DNA of 64,000 nucleotides from Escherichia coli (GTDB lineage Bacteria; Pseudomonadota; Gammaproteobacteria; Enterobacterales; Enterobacteriaceae): NCBI RefSeq assembly GCF_036507355.1, contig NZ_AP027877.1; one strand, 5' to 3'. Shown piece by piece: positions 10,858 to 20,714 of this stretch (position 1 is its first letter; each line of letters starts with the position of its first letter). The notes under the pieces were generated by a model. It saw only the letters and a program-made list of their open reading frames with translations, ran no database searches and was not told where the DNA came from. The position numbers and the translations under genes were made by a program.

Positions 10858-12330
10858 ATGGTACCTGTGGTCGCGCTTGTCGGGCGCCCTAACGTAGGAA
10901 AATCCACGTTATTTAACCGTCTAACTCGCACCCGAGATGCGCTGGTTGCGGATTTCCCGGGTCTGACTCGTGACCGTAAGTACGGTCGTGCGGAAATTGA
11001 AGGCCGTGAGTTTATCTGTATTGATACCGGCGGGATTGATGGCACAGAAGACGGTGTAGAAACCCGCATGGCGGAACAGTCGCTGCTGGCGATTGAAGAA
11101 GCGGACGTCGTACTGTTTATGGTGGATGCGCGCGCGGGCCTGATGCCGGCAGATGAAGCGATTGCCAAACATCTGCGCTCCCGTGAAAAACCGACCTTCC
11201 TGGTGGCAAACAAAACTGACGGTCTGGATCCCGATCAGGCAGTGGTTGATTTCTACTCGCTTGGTTTAGGTGAAATCTACCCGATCGCCGCGTCTCACGG
11301 TCGTGGCGTATTAAGTCTGCTGGAGCATGTGCTGCTGCCGTGGATGGAAGATCTCGCACCGCAAGAGGAAGTCGACGAAGACGCTGAATACTGGGCGCAA
11401 TTTGAAGCGGAAGAGAACGGCGAAGAAGAAGAGGAAGACGACTTCGACCCGCAAAGTCTGCCGATCAAACTGGCGATTGTGGGTCGTCCGAACGTAGGTA
11501 AGTCTACACTCACTAACCGTATTCTTGGTGAAGAGCGCGTTGTTGTTTACGACATGCCTGGCACGACGCGTGACAGCATCTACATCCCAATGGAACGCGA
11601 TGGACGTGAGTATGTGCTCATTGACACCGCTGGCGTACGTAAACGCGGCAAAATCACCGATGCTGTAGAGAAATTCTCCGTAATCAAAACGTTGCAGGCC
11701 ATTGAAGACGCCAACGTGGTGATGTTAGTGATTGATGCGCGCGAAGGTATTTCCGATCAGGATCTCTCGCTGCTGGGCTTTATTCTCAATAGTGGGCGCT
11801 CACTTGTCATTGTGGTGAATAAGTGGGATGGCCTGAGTCAGGAAGTGAAAGAGCAGGTGAAAGAGACACTGGACTTCCGTCTGGGCTTTATCGATTTTGC
11901 TCGCGTGCACTTTATCTCTGCATTGCACGGCAGTGGTGTTGGTAACCTGTTTGAATCAGTGCGTGAAGCTTATGACAGTTCCACCCGTCGCGTGGGTACG
12001 TCTATGCTGACACGAATTATGACCATGGCTGTTGAAGATCACCAACCGCCGCTGGTACGTGGTCGTCGTGTGAAGCTGAAATATGCCCACGCTGGTGGTT
12101 ATAACCCGCCGATTGTGGTGATTCACGGTAACCAGGTAAAAGACCTGCCGGATTCTTACAAGCGTTATTTGATGAACTATTTCCGCAAGTCTCTGGATGT
12201 GATGGGGACGCCGATTCGTATTCAGTTCAAAGAAGGGGAAAACCCGTATGCGAATAAGCGTAACACCCTGACGCCGACCCAGATGCGCAAGCGTAAGCGC
12301 CTGATGAAGCATATCAAGAAAAGTAAGTAA
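10858..12330 (+). CDS. der: ribosome-associated GTPase Der (EngA), tandem GTPase domains
   Basis: Start placed at ATG 10858 ([20 protein letters not shown]); two G-domains (GRPNVGKS twice) and acidic linker; ORF-track start 10819 is probably too far upstream. Confidence 0.9.
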   Translation: MVPVVALVGRPNVGKSTLFNRLTRTRDALVADFPGLTRDRKYGRAEIEGREFICIDTGGIDGTEDGVETRMAEQSLLAIEEADVVLFMVDARAGLMPADEAIAKHLRSREKPTFLVANKTDGLDPDQAVVDFYSLGLGEIYPIAASHGRGVLSLLEHVLLPWMEDLAPQEEVDEDAEYWAQFEAEENGEEEEEDDFDPQSLPIKLAIVGRPNVGKSTLTNRILGEERVVVYDMPGTTRDSIYIPMERDGREYVLIDTAGVRKRGKITDAVEKFSVIKTLQAIEDANVVMLVIDAREGISDQDLSLLGFILNSGRSLVIVVNKWDGLSQEVKEQVKETLDFRLGFIDFARVHFISALHGSGVGNLFESVREAYDSSTRRVGTSMLTRIMTMAVEDHQPPLVRGRRVKLKYAHAGGYNPPIVVIHGNQVKDLPDSYKRYLMNYFRKSLDVMGTPIRIQFKEGENPYANKRNTLTPTQMRKRKRLMKHIKKSK

Positions 12331-12340
12331 TTACTTATCT

Positions 12341-12378
12341 GGTTTCCCTTTCCATATGGAGAGGGAAATCCATAAAAA
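12341..12378 (+). other. near-palindromic hairpin between der and yfgJ
   Basis: TCCCTTTCCAT / ATGGAGAGGGA inverted repeat (1 mismatch); no clear T-run. Confidence 0.35.
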
Positions 12379-12392
12379 TGTGAGGATCATTT

Positions 12393-12608
12393 ATGGAACT
12401 CAGCTGCCCAATCTGCCAAAACCCTCTCGAACGTAATGGCGAGGCTACTCACTGCGCAACGTGTAACAAAGATTTCATAGTCCAGGCTCTTTGTCCTGAC
12501 TGCCACCAACCTTTGCAGGTATTAAAAGCGTGTGGTGCGGTGGATTATTTCTGCCAGCATGGTCACGGTTTAATTTCTAAAACCCGTATTGAATTTGTCA
12601 TTGTTTAA
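12393..12608 (+). CDS. yfgJ: zinc-ribbon protein YfgJ
   Basis: 71 aa; two CxxC pairs (CPICQ...CATC; CPDC...CQHG). Confidence 0.85.
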   Translation: MELSCPICQNPLERNGEATHCATCNKDFIVQALCPDCHQPLQVLKACGAVDYFCQHGHGLISKTRIEFVIV

Positions 12609-12817
12609 TATCACTGGAATATATGATTTCACATTATATATTCCTAATATAAATATTATAATCTCTTTCCTATTAGATTAACGACTAATTAAAAATGTGT
12701 AAAGTCACATTCTTATAATTTTAAGATTATATTTAGCACTTATGGAGTGCAGTTCCTGTGCTATCTGGAATACAATATTAGACATTATTTCAGAATTAAA
12801 TTTTCACAGAGAAAAAC
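12609..12817 (+). promoter_or_regulatory. AT-rich leader/promoter region of the islet
   Basis: About 200 bp of strongly AT-rich sequence (runs of TATA/AATA) immediately upstream of the inverse-autotransporter gene; typical of horizontally acquired, nucleoid-protein-silenced promoters. Confidence 0.4.
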
Positions 12818-14998
12818 ATGCTGCGATGGATTCGCTATATAACGCTAATCGTTATTTCTGGTGCTGCTTATGCGGCACCGGAGATAAATATTAAGCAAAG
12901 CGAATCTTCATTACCTGATCTGGCAAGCGAAACGGCTCAACAAGAGGAACAAAGTAACAAAGGCAAATCTTTCAAGGAACGTGGTGCCAATTACGTTACC
13001 GAGTCCGCCCATCAGGGCTTTGAGAACCTGACTCCAGAAGCTCTTGAATCCCAGGCGAGAAGCTATCTGCAAGGGCAAATCACATCATCTGCACAGTCTT
13101 ATATTGAAGGTGCGCTTTCTCCTTATGGTAAAGTTCGCTCTAACCTTTCCATCGGTCAGGGTGGCGATCTGGACGGCAGTTCGATCGACTATTTTGTTCC
13201 CTGGTATGACAATCAGAGCACAGTCTATTTCAGTCAGTTTTCTGCGCAACGAAAAGAAGAACGCACGATAGGTAATATAGGTTTAGGTGTAAGACATAAT
13301 TTTGATAAATGGCTTCTGGGGGGGAATATATTTTATGATTATGATTTCACCCGCGGACATCGCCGTTTAGGCTTAGGAACAGAAGCCTGGACGGATTATT
13401 TAAAATTTTCTGGTAACTATTATCATCCGCTTTCAGAGTGGAAAGATTCAAAAGATTTTGATTTCTATTTAGAACGACCCGCACGTGGCTGGGATGTCCG
13501 GGCGGAAGCCTGGCTACCTTCTTATCCTCAGCTGGGGAGCAAAATTGTTTTCGAGCAATATTATGGTGACGAAGTGGCGCTCATCGGCACCGATAATTTA
13601 GAAAAAGATCCCTATGCAGTGACGCTTGGCGTGAACTATCAACCCGTTCCGTTACTGACGGTCGGGACGGATTATAAAGCAGGTACCGGAGATAACAGTG
13701 ATCTTAGCGTTAACGCCACGATTAACTATCAGTTCGGTGTTCCGCTAAAAGATCAACTGAATAGCGATAACGTCAAAGCAGCTCACTCGCTGATGGGCAG
13801 CCGCCATGACTTTGTTGAGCGCAATAATTTTATTGTTCTGGAATATAAAGAAAAAGATCCTCTCGACGTTACGTTGTGGCTGAAGGCTGACGCCACCAAT
13901 GAACACCCGGATTGTGTCATCAAGGACACCCCCGAAGCTGCGGTAGGGCTGGAAAAATGTAAGTGGACAATCAATGCGCTAATCAACCATCACTATAAGA
14001 TTGTCGTCGCCTCGTGGCAGGCGAAAAACAACGCTGCGCGTACGCTGGTGATGCCGGTTATCAAAGAAAATACCATCACGGAAGGGTACAACAACCACTG
14101 GAATCTGGTGCTGCCAGCCTGGCAGTACAGCTCTGATCCCGCCGAACAGGAAAAACTCAATACCTGGCGCGTGCGTCTGGCGCTGGAAGATGAAAAAGGC
14201 AACCGGCAAAACTCCGGCGTGGTGGAAATCACCGTTCAGCAGGATCGCAAAATTGAACTGATCGTCAACAACATTGCGGATGTGCCGGATGAAAACAATC
14301 ACAGTCATGAAGCCAGCGCTCAGGCGGATGGCGTCGATGGCGTGGTGATGGAGCTCGATGTTACCGATAGCTTTGGTGATGACACCGACCGTAACGGTAA
14401 TGCGCTGCCAGAAAATGGCCTGAGTCCGCAGCTTTACGATGCTCAGGATAAAAAAGTCACCCTCACCAATAAAGCCTGCTCGACCGATAACCCGTGCGTC
14501 TTTATCGCGAAGCAAGATAAAGAGAAAGGAACCGTCACCCTCTCCAGTACTTTGCCCGGCACCTTCCGCTGGAAAGCAAAGGCCGCGCCGTATGACGATA
14601 GTAACTATGTCGATGTGACTTTCCTCGGGGCGGGGGGCAATGACGTTAATGCCTTTATCTACCGTGTATCTGCGACTAAACCTGTCAACCTTATTGATAA
14701 CGACAAAGAACATTTGCCGGTGGATAACGCCTACCGTTTTGTCTTATGGCGTGATGCCAACAAAGATGGCGTTTTCCAGCAGTCGGAAAAACTGACGGAA
14801 GAAGAAATGGCGCAATACGACTACCAGTGGGAATTTACCGGACACAGCGTCAATGGCTACACCGGTGCGCAATCGAATACCAGTAATGAAGATATTGTCA
14901 TCCCTGCCACTAACGAGGAAGCGGTACAGAAATTTGGTGCCCAAAAAGAGGATGGCGTGCAGGGGTATGGATTACGTGTGGTTTACAGCAAGCACTAG
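12818..14998 (+). CDS. sinH: intimin/invasin-family inverse autotransporter adhesin (SinH-like)
   Basis: 726 aa; signal peptide (cleavage near AYA/AP); segment SIGQGGDLDGSSIDYFVPWYDN...TINYQFGVP reads as the intimin/invasin beta-barrel translocator; Ig-like passenger; position between yfgJ and xseA matches the Salmonella CS54 sinH locus as I recall it. Confidence 0.65.
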   Translation: MLRWIRYITLIVISGAAYAAPEINIKQSESSLPDLASETAQQEEQSNKGKSFKERGANYVTESAHQGFENLTPEALESQARSYLQGQITSSAQSYIEGALSPYGKVRSNLSIGQGGDLDGSSIDYFVPWYDNQSTVYFSQFSAQRKEERTIGNIGLGVRHNFDKWLLGGNIFYDYDFTRGHRRLGLGTEAWTDYLKFSGNYYHPLSEWKDSKDFDFYLERPARGWDVRAEAWLPSYPQLGSKIVFEQYYGDEVALIGTDNLEKDPYAVTLGVNYQPVPLLTVGTDYKAGTGDNSDLSVNATINYQFGVPLKDQLNSDNVKAAHSLMGSRHDFVERNNFIVLEYKEKDPLDVTLWLKADATNEHPDCVIKDTPEAAVGLEKCKWTINALINHHYKIVVASWQAKNNAARTLVMPVIKENTITEGYNNHWNLVLPAWQYSSDPAEQEKLNTWRVRLALEDEKGNRQNSGVVEITVQQDRKIELIVNNIADVPDENNHSHEASAQADGVDGVVMELDVTDSFGDDTDRNGNALPENGLSPQLYDAQDKKVTLTNKACSTDNPCVFIAKQDKEKGTVTLSSTLPGTFRWKAKAAPYDDSNYVDVTFLGAGGNDVNAFIYRVSATKPVNLIDNDKEHLPVDNAYRFVLWRDANKDGVFQQSEKLTEEEMAQYDYQWEFTGHSVNGYTGAQSNTSNEDIVIPATNEEAVQKFGAQKEDGVQGYGLRVVYSKH

Positions 14999-15053
14999 AT
15001 CGGCGTAATGGCCGATCGGCCAGCCGCTGGAAATTAATCAAGGAGAGAGTTGA

Positions 15054-16019
15054 ATGAAACACTATTTAAAGCGACCGATGACTAAAGTCGTGCTGGCGCT
15101 GGCTTTAGCGGGATACTGCGCAGTGCCTGCTGCTATGGCAGAAGGGCAGGGCAACCTTAGGGCGGGTCAGTGGCAATCAGAGACAGAAACTACCGGAACG
15201 ATTCAGGGTACAGTGCCGTGGATCACTCGTAGCGCGACGGAAATCACCGATGCTGATAAATCTCATGTGTCCATTACCGTTGATCGTGGCGGACGTTCTG
15301 CTTCAACCGATGGCGAGAAGCAATTTCATATTGGTGACAAGTTAACTGCAAACTGGGCCATTGGCGATACCCAGGGCGACCTTGACGACAACAACACTGC
15401 AACCAAAGCGACGCTGCAATGGATGAGCTATAGCGACCAGGCGGGGGGTGATCCGAAAGAGATCGGTACAACGGGCAGTGACACCTATACCATTGCCGCA
15501 GCGGATGCCGATCGCTACATCGGTTTGAAAATTACCCCGACCACCACGACCGGTGATCCTAACGTTGCAGAACAACTGATCCTGTTAGACCTCTCCACCA
15601 ACGCGGGCGGTGGTTCTGACAGCGATGATATTCCGGAAGGTCCGGTATTTGACGATGCGGTTAAAGTTGTCATTCATGAGCAGGGTGTTAACACCAACCT
15701 GCTGGGCAAAGAAACCAAACTCAAAACCAATACCACTTATCAGGTCATGCTGTGGAAAGATAAAAACAGCAACGGCTCCTACGACACTGGCGAAGAGGTT
15801 ACCAGCCAGTACAACTACCGCTGGCGCTTTACCGGTACCAGTCTGCAACTGCGTACCAACGGCGGGATTGTCAACCCGAGCTACAACAACAGCGACCTGG
15901 TTATCCCAGTTACCAACGCCGAAGCGAAAACTGCGTTCGACTACAGCGAAGGTGGCCTCACCCTTGGCGCGGATGGTGTTCAGGGCTACGGTTTGTCCAT
16001 CGATTACCAGAGAAAATAA
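15054..16019 (+). CDS. sinI: secreted protein, SinI-like, sharing C-terminal module with the upstream adhesin
   Basis: 321 aa; RBS AAGGAG 8 nt upstream; signal peptide ...AVPAAMA/EG; C-terminal ~90 aa homologous to C-terminus of the 726-aa protein. Confidence 0.5.
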   Translation: MKHYLKRPMTKVVLALALAGYCAVPAAMAEGQGNLRAGQWQSETETTGTIQGTVPWITRSATEITDADKSHVSITVDRGGRSASTDGEKQFHIGDKLTANWAIGDTQGDLDDNNTATKATLQWMSYSDQAGGDPKEIGTTGSDTYTIAAADADRYIGLKITPTTTTGDPNVAEQLILLDLSTNAGGGSDSDDIPEGPVFDDAVKVVIHEQGVNTNLLGKETKLKTNTTYQVMLWKDKNSNGSYDTGEEVTSQYNYRWRFTGTSLQLRTNGGIVNPSYNNSDLVIPVTNAEAKTAFDYSEGGLTLGADGVQGYGLSIDYQRK

Positions 16020-16075
16020 TCTTTACCAGCACCATTCCCGCAAGGGAATGGTCAGATTGATGACAAAGGCAAAAC

Positions 16076-16175
16076 TGCCTGATGTGCTTCGCTTATCAGG
16101 CCTACATGGTTCCTGCAATGTATTGAATTTGCACGATTTTGTAGGTCGGATAAGGCGTTAACGCCGCATCCGGCA
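16076..16175. repeat. BIME (two inverted REP elements with linker)
   Basis: TGCCTGATGTGCTTCGCTTATCAGGCCTACA and GTAGGTCGGATAAGGCGTTAACGCCGCATCCGGCA flank an AT-rich linker. Confidence 0.75.
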
Positions 16176-16190
16176 TGAATAACGCGCACT

Positions 16191-17573
16191 TTGTCAACAA
16201 TCTGGTCATTTCAGCAAGGGAATGGTGCTTCTCCGCACACTTTGCTTACGGCGACGCTTGCACGTGAAACAGGGGTAAAGTCAGATCTCGACCTGATGTA
16301 TACCGTAGTAACAAGCCCGGATACGCCAAAAGCCAACTTCTGGGGACATATGCCAGAAACGGTAAGCTCAGCAGACGGAACGCAGTTTGAGCGGATGAAA
16401 CTGTGGGCCGAAATGGGGGCAACCAGCGGTGGCGGTTATTCGCTCACTAAAGTGAATATAAATAATGAAAGCTGGCCTGCGCCATATATTACCCAGCGAT
16501 ATTTGCCGGAGCTTATCCCTTGTGAAAGCGCACGATATCCATCATTGGATGAGCTTCAATCTTTATACAACCGCTATCCGAATGGCTCTATCGTCAATGA
16601 GATTGGCTGGCCGGTGAAACAGAATAGCTATGTGTGGTGGACAAATGCAGATTGTCCTGCGGGCGCGAATTCTTGTGAATCATTTGACTTCAACACAGGT
16701 CAACTTGTGACTGTATCTAAAAGCCGCGCCTTCCAGGCGTGCCTGGTGCACCCTCACTCAACGGTTTCTACCGTCACCCTGACGTCAACGGCATTTGACT
16801 CCACCGCTCAGGCGGCGAAAGTGAAGAAGGGCGAGGCAATGCCAGTCACCGTGACGGTGAAAGACAGCGCCGGGAAACCTGTGCCAAATGTGGCGTTTAC
16901 TCTGCGACGTGGTGATGCCTCTCCGCGTAATAGTGGGGCGACGCTATATGGCGATGTGGCGGCTATGGATGATATTACCATCCAGCCATCATCGGGGGCG
17001 GCTACCCTATTGGCGGTTAGTGGGAACGAGATCAGTGGCGTGACGGGGGCAGACGGCACGGCAAACTTTACTGTTCGTCAGGACAATACGCCGGGTTATA
17101 AAATGCCGCTGACGGTAACGCTGGATAAATACCCAACAGTGACTGCAATGATGGACACTATTTTCACCGTATTGACCAGCCCAAATGTATCTTCTGCTCA
17201 CTTCTGGGGGCATATGGCAGACACGGCAGTGGTGAATGGAAAAACATTACATCGACCGATACTGACAACTGAATTACCGTCCGGGGCCAATCCCGTATCC
17301 TCACCGATTATTAACTACGAAAACTGGGCTTCTGCGCATATTACTGATGCCAGCAAATGGGATATCTCGAAGCAGTGTGGAAATATAGAAAATGCACCGA
17401 CATACAATGAGTTAGAGACATTGTATACTGTGTTTAATTCGCTGGGATGGCCAGCTTCGCCAAGTTTCCCTTACTTGTCCTCTCAACGGTGTGGGATGGA
17501 CGAGAGCACTGGCACAGAGGATTGTAGTATCACGTTAGCCAATAAACCTGGTCTGGTTACTTGTTTCCAGTGA
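16191..17573 (+). CDS. Ig-like plus tandem Cys-containing (lectin-like) domain protein; probable 5'-truncated remnant of a larger intimin/invasin-like (RatA-like) adhesin gene
   Basis: 460-codon frame opens right after a stop inside the BIME; only start is TTG at 16191 (first ATG about codon 36); no signal peptide; two ~145-aa repeats each with FWGHM motif and 4 Cys, separated by an Ig-like domain. Confidence 0.5.
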   Translation: MSTIWSFQQGNGASPHTLLTATLARETGVKSDLDLMYTVVTSPDTPKANFWGHMPETVSSADGTQFERMKLWAEMGATSGGGYSLTKVNINNESWPAPYITQRYLPELIPCESARYPSLDELQSLYNRYPNGSIVNEIGWPVKQNSYVWWTNADCPAGANSCESFDFNTGQLVTVSKSRAFQACLVHPHSTVSTVTLTSTAFDSTAQAAKVKKGEAMPVTVTVKDSAGKPVPNVAFTLRRGDASPRNSGATLYGDVAAMDDITIQPSSGAATLLAVSGNEISGVTGADGTANFTVRQDNTPGYKMPLTVTLDKYPTVTAMMDTIFTVLTSPNVSSAHFWGHMADTAVVNGKTLHRPILTTELPSGANPVSSPIINYENWASAHITDASKWDISKQCGNIENAPTYNELETLYTVFNSLGWPASPSFPYLSSQRCGMDESTGTEDCSITLANKPGLVTCFQ

Positions 17574-17641
17574 CGAGGGGAGCGCATTTGGCGTAGCCTG
17601 GGCGCTATTGCCTAATGCGATGCTGGCGCCTTTTTTCCGGC

Positions 17642-19048
<1,407 letters not shown>

Positions 19049-19110
19049 TTATTCAGTCGATAGTAACCCGCCCTTCGGGGATAGCAAGCATTTTTTGCAA
19101 AAAGGGGTAG

Positions 19111-19126
19111 ATGCAATCGGTTACGC
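19111..19126 (+). promoter_or_regulatory. putative PurR operator in guaBA promoter
   Basis: ATGCAATCGGTTACGC resembles the PUR-box consensus (ACGCAAACGTTTGCGT) and overlaps the -35 region. Confidence 0.5.
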
Positions 19127-19130
19127 TCTG

Positions 19131-19136
19131 TATAAT
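19131..19136 (+). promoter_or_regulatory. guaBA promoter -10 hexamer
   Basis: TATAAT about 45 bp upstream of guaB ATG, preceded by A/T-rich UP-like tract and followed by GC-rich discriminator GCCGCGG. Confidence 0.55.
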
Positions 19137-19179
19137 GCCGCGGCAATATTTATTAACCACTCTGGTCGAGATATTGCCC

Positions 19180-20646
19180 ATGCTACGTATCGCTAAAGAA
19201 GCTCTGACGTTTGACGACGTTCTCCTCGTTCCTGCTCATTCTACCGTTCTGCCGAATACTGCTGACCTCAGCACCCAGCTGACGAAAACTATTCGTCTGA
19301 ATATCCCTATGCTTTCCGCAGCAATGGATACCGTAACGGAAGCGCGCCTGGCTATTGCTCTGGCTCAGGAAGGCGGTATCGGCTTTATCCACAAAAACAT
19401 GTCCATTGAACGCCAGGCAGAAGAAGTTCGCCGTGTGAAAAAACACGAATCTGGCGTGGTGACTGATCCGCAGACTGTTCTGCCAACCACGACGCTGCGC
19501 GAAGTGAAAGAACTGACCGAGCGTAACGGTTTTGCGGGCTATCCGGTCGTTACCGAAGAAAACGAACTGGTGGGTATTATCACCGGTCGTGACGTGCGTT
19601 TTGTTACCGACCTGAACCAGCCGGTTAGCGTTTACATGACGCCGAAAGAGCGTCTGGTCACCGTGCGTGAAGGTGAAGCCCGTGAAGTGGTGCTGGCAAA
19701 AATGCACGAAAAACGCGTTGAAAAAGCGCTGGTGGTTGATGACGAATTCCACCTGATCGGCATGATCACCGTGAAAGATTTCCAGAAAGCGGAACGTAAA
19801 CCGAACGCCTGTAAAGACGAGCAAGGCCGTCTGCGTGTTGGTGCTGCAGTTGGCGCAGGTGCGGGTAACGAAGAGCGTGTTGACGCGCTGGTTGCCGCTG
19901 GCGTTGACGTTCTGCTGATCGACTCCTCCCACGGTCACTCAGAAGGCGTTTTGCAGCGTATCCGTGAAACCCGTGCTAAATATCCGGATCTGCAAATCAT
20001 CGGCGGCAACGTGGCAACAGCTGCAGGTGCACGCGCTCTGGCAGAAGCTGGTTGCAGCGCGGTTAAAGTCGGTATCGGCCCTGGCTCTATCTGTACGACT
20101 CGTATCGTGACTGGCGTAGGTGTTCCGCAGATCACTGCCGTTGCTGACGCAGTTGAAGCGCTGGAAGGCACTGGCATTCCGGTTATCGCTGACGGCGGTA
20201 TCCGTTTCTCTGGCGACATCGCCAAAGCTATCGCCGCTGGCGCAAGCGCGGTAATGGTGGGTTCCATGCTGGCAGGTACTGAAGAATCTCCGGGTGAAAT
20301 TGAACTCTACCAGGGCCGTTCTTACAAATCTTACCGTGGGATGGGCTCTCTGGGCGCGATGTCCAAAGGTTCCTCTGACCGTTATTTCCAGAGCGATAAC
20401 GCTGCCGACAAACTGGTGCCGGAAGGTATCGAAGGTCGCGTAGCTTATAAAGGTCGCCTGAAAGAGATCATTCACCAGCAGATGGGCGGCCTGCGCTCCT
20501 GTATGGGTCTGACCGGCTGTGGTACTATCGACGAACTGCGTACTAAAGCGGAGTTTGTACGTATCAGCGGTGCGGGCATTCAGGAAAGCCACGTTCACGA
20601 CGTGACCATTACTAAAGAGTCCCCGAACTACCGTCTGGGCTCCTGA
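19180..20646 (+). CDS. guaB: IMP dehydrogenase
   Basis: 488 aa from ATG 19180 ([13 protein letters not shown]); CBS domains; catalytic loop [11 protein letters not shown]. Confidence 0.95.
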
Positions 20647-20714
20647 TTCTCTTCGCCCGACTTCATGTCGGGCGATTTATATTATCTGTTTCACTTGCCT
20701 CGGAATAAGCGTCA

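Noticed and set aside
13979-14713. 244-aa minus-strand ORF inside the inverse-autotransporter gene
   Set aside because: Antisense shadow ORF fully contained within a well-supported coding region; no RBS or domain signature
15610-16161. 183-aa plus-strand ORF overlapping the 3' half of the SinI-like gene in another frame and running into the BIME
   Set aside because: Out-of-frame overlap with a better-supported gene; Ala/Thr/Arg-rich translation typical of off-frame reading
12609-17641. Islet as a recently integrated mobile genomic island
   Set aside because: No integrase, transposase, tRNA target or flanking direct repeats at the borders; better described as an ancient, differentially retained islet
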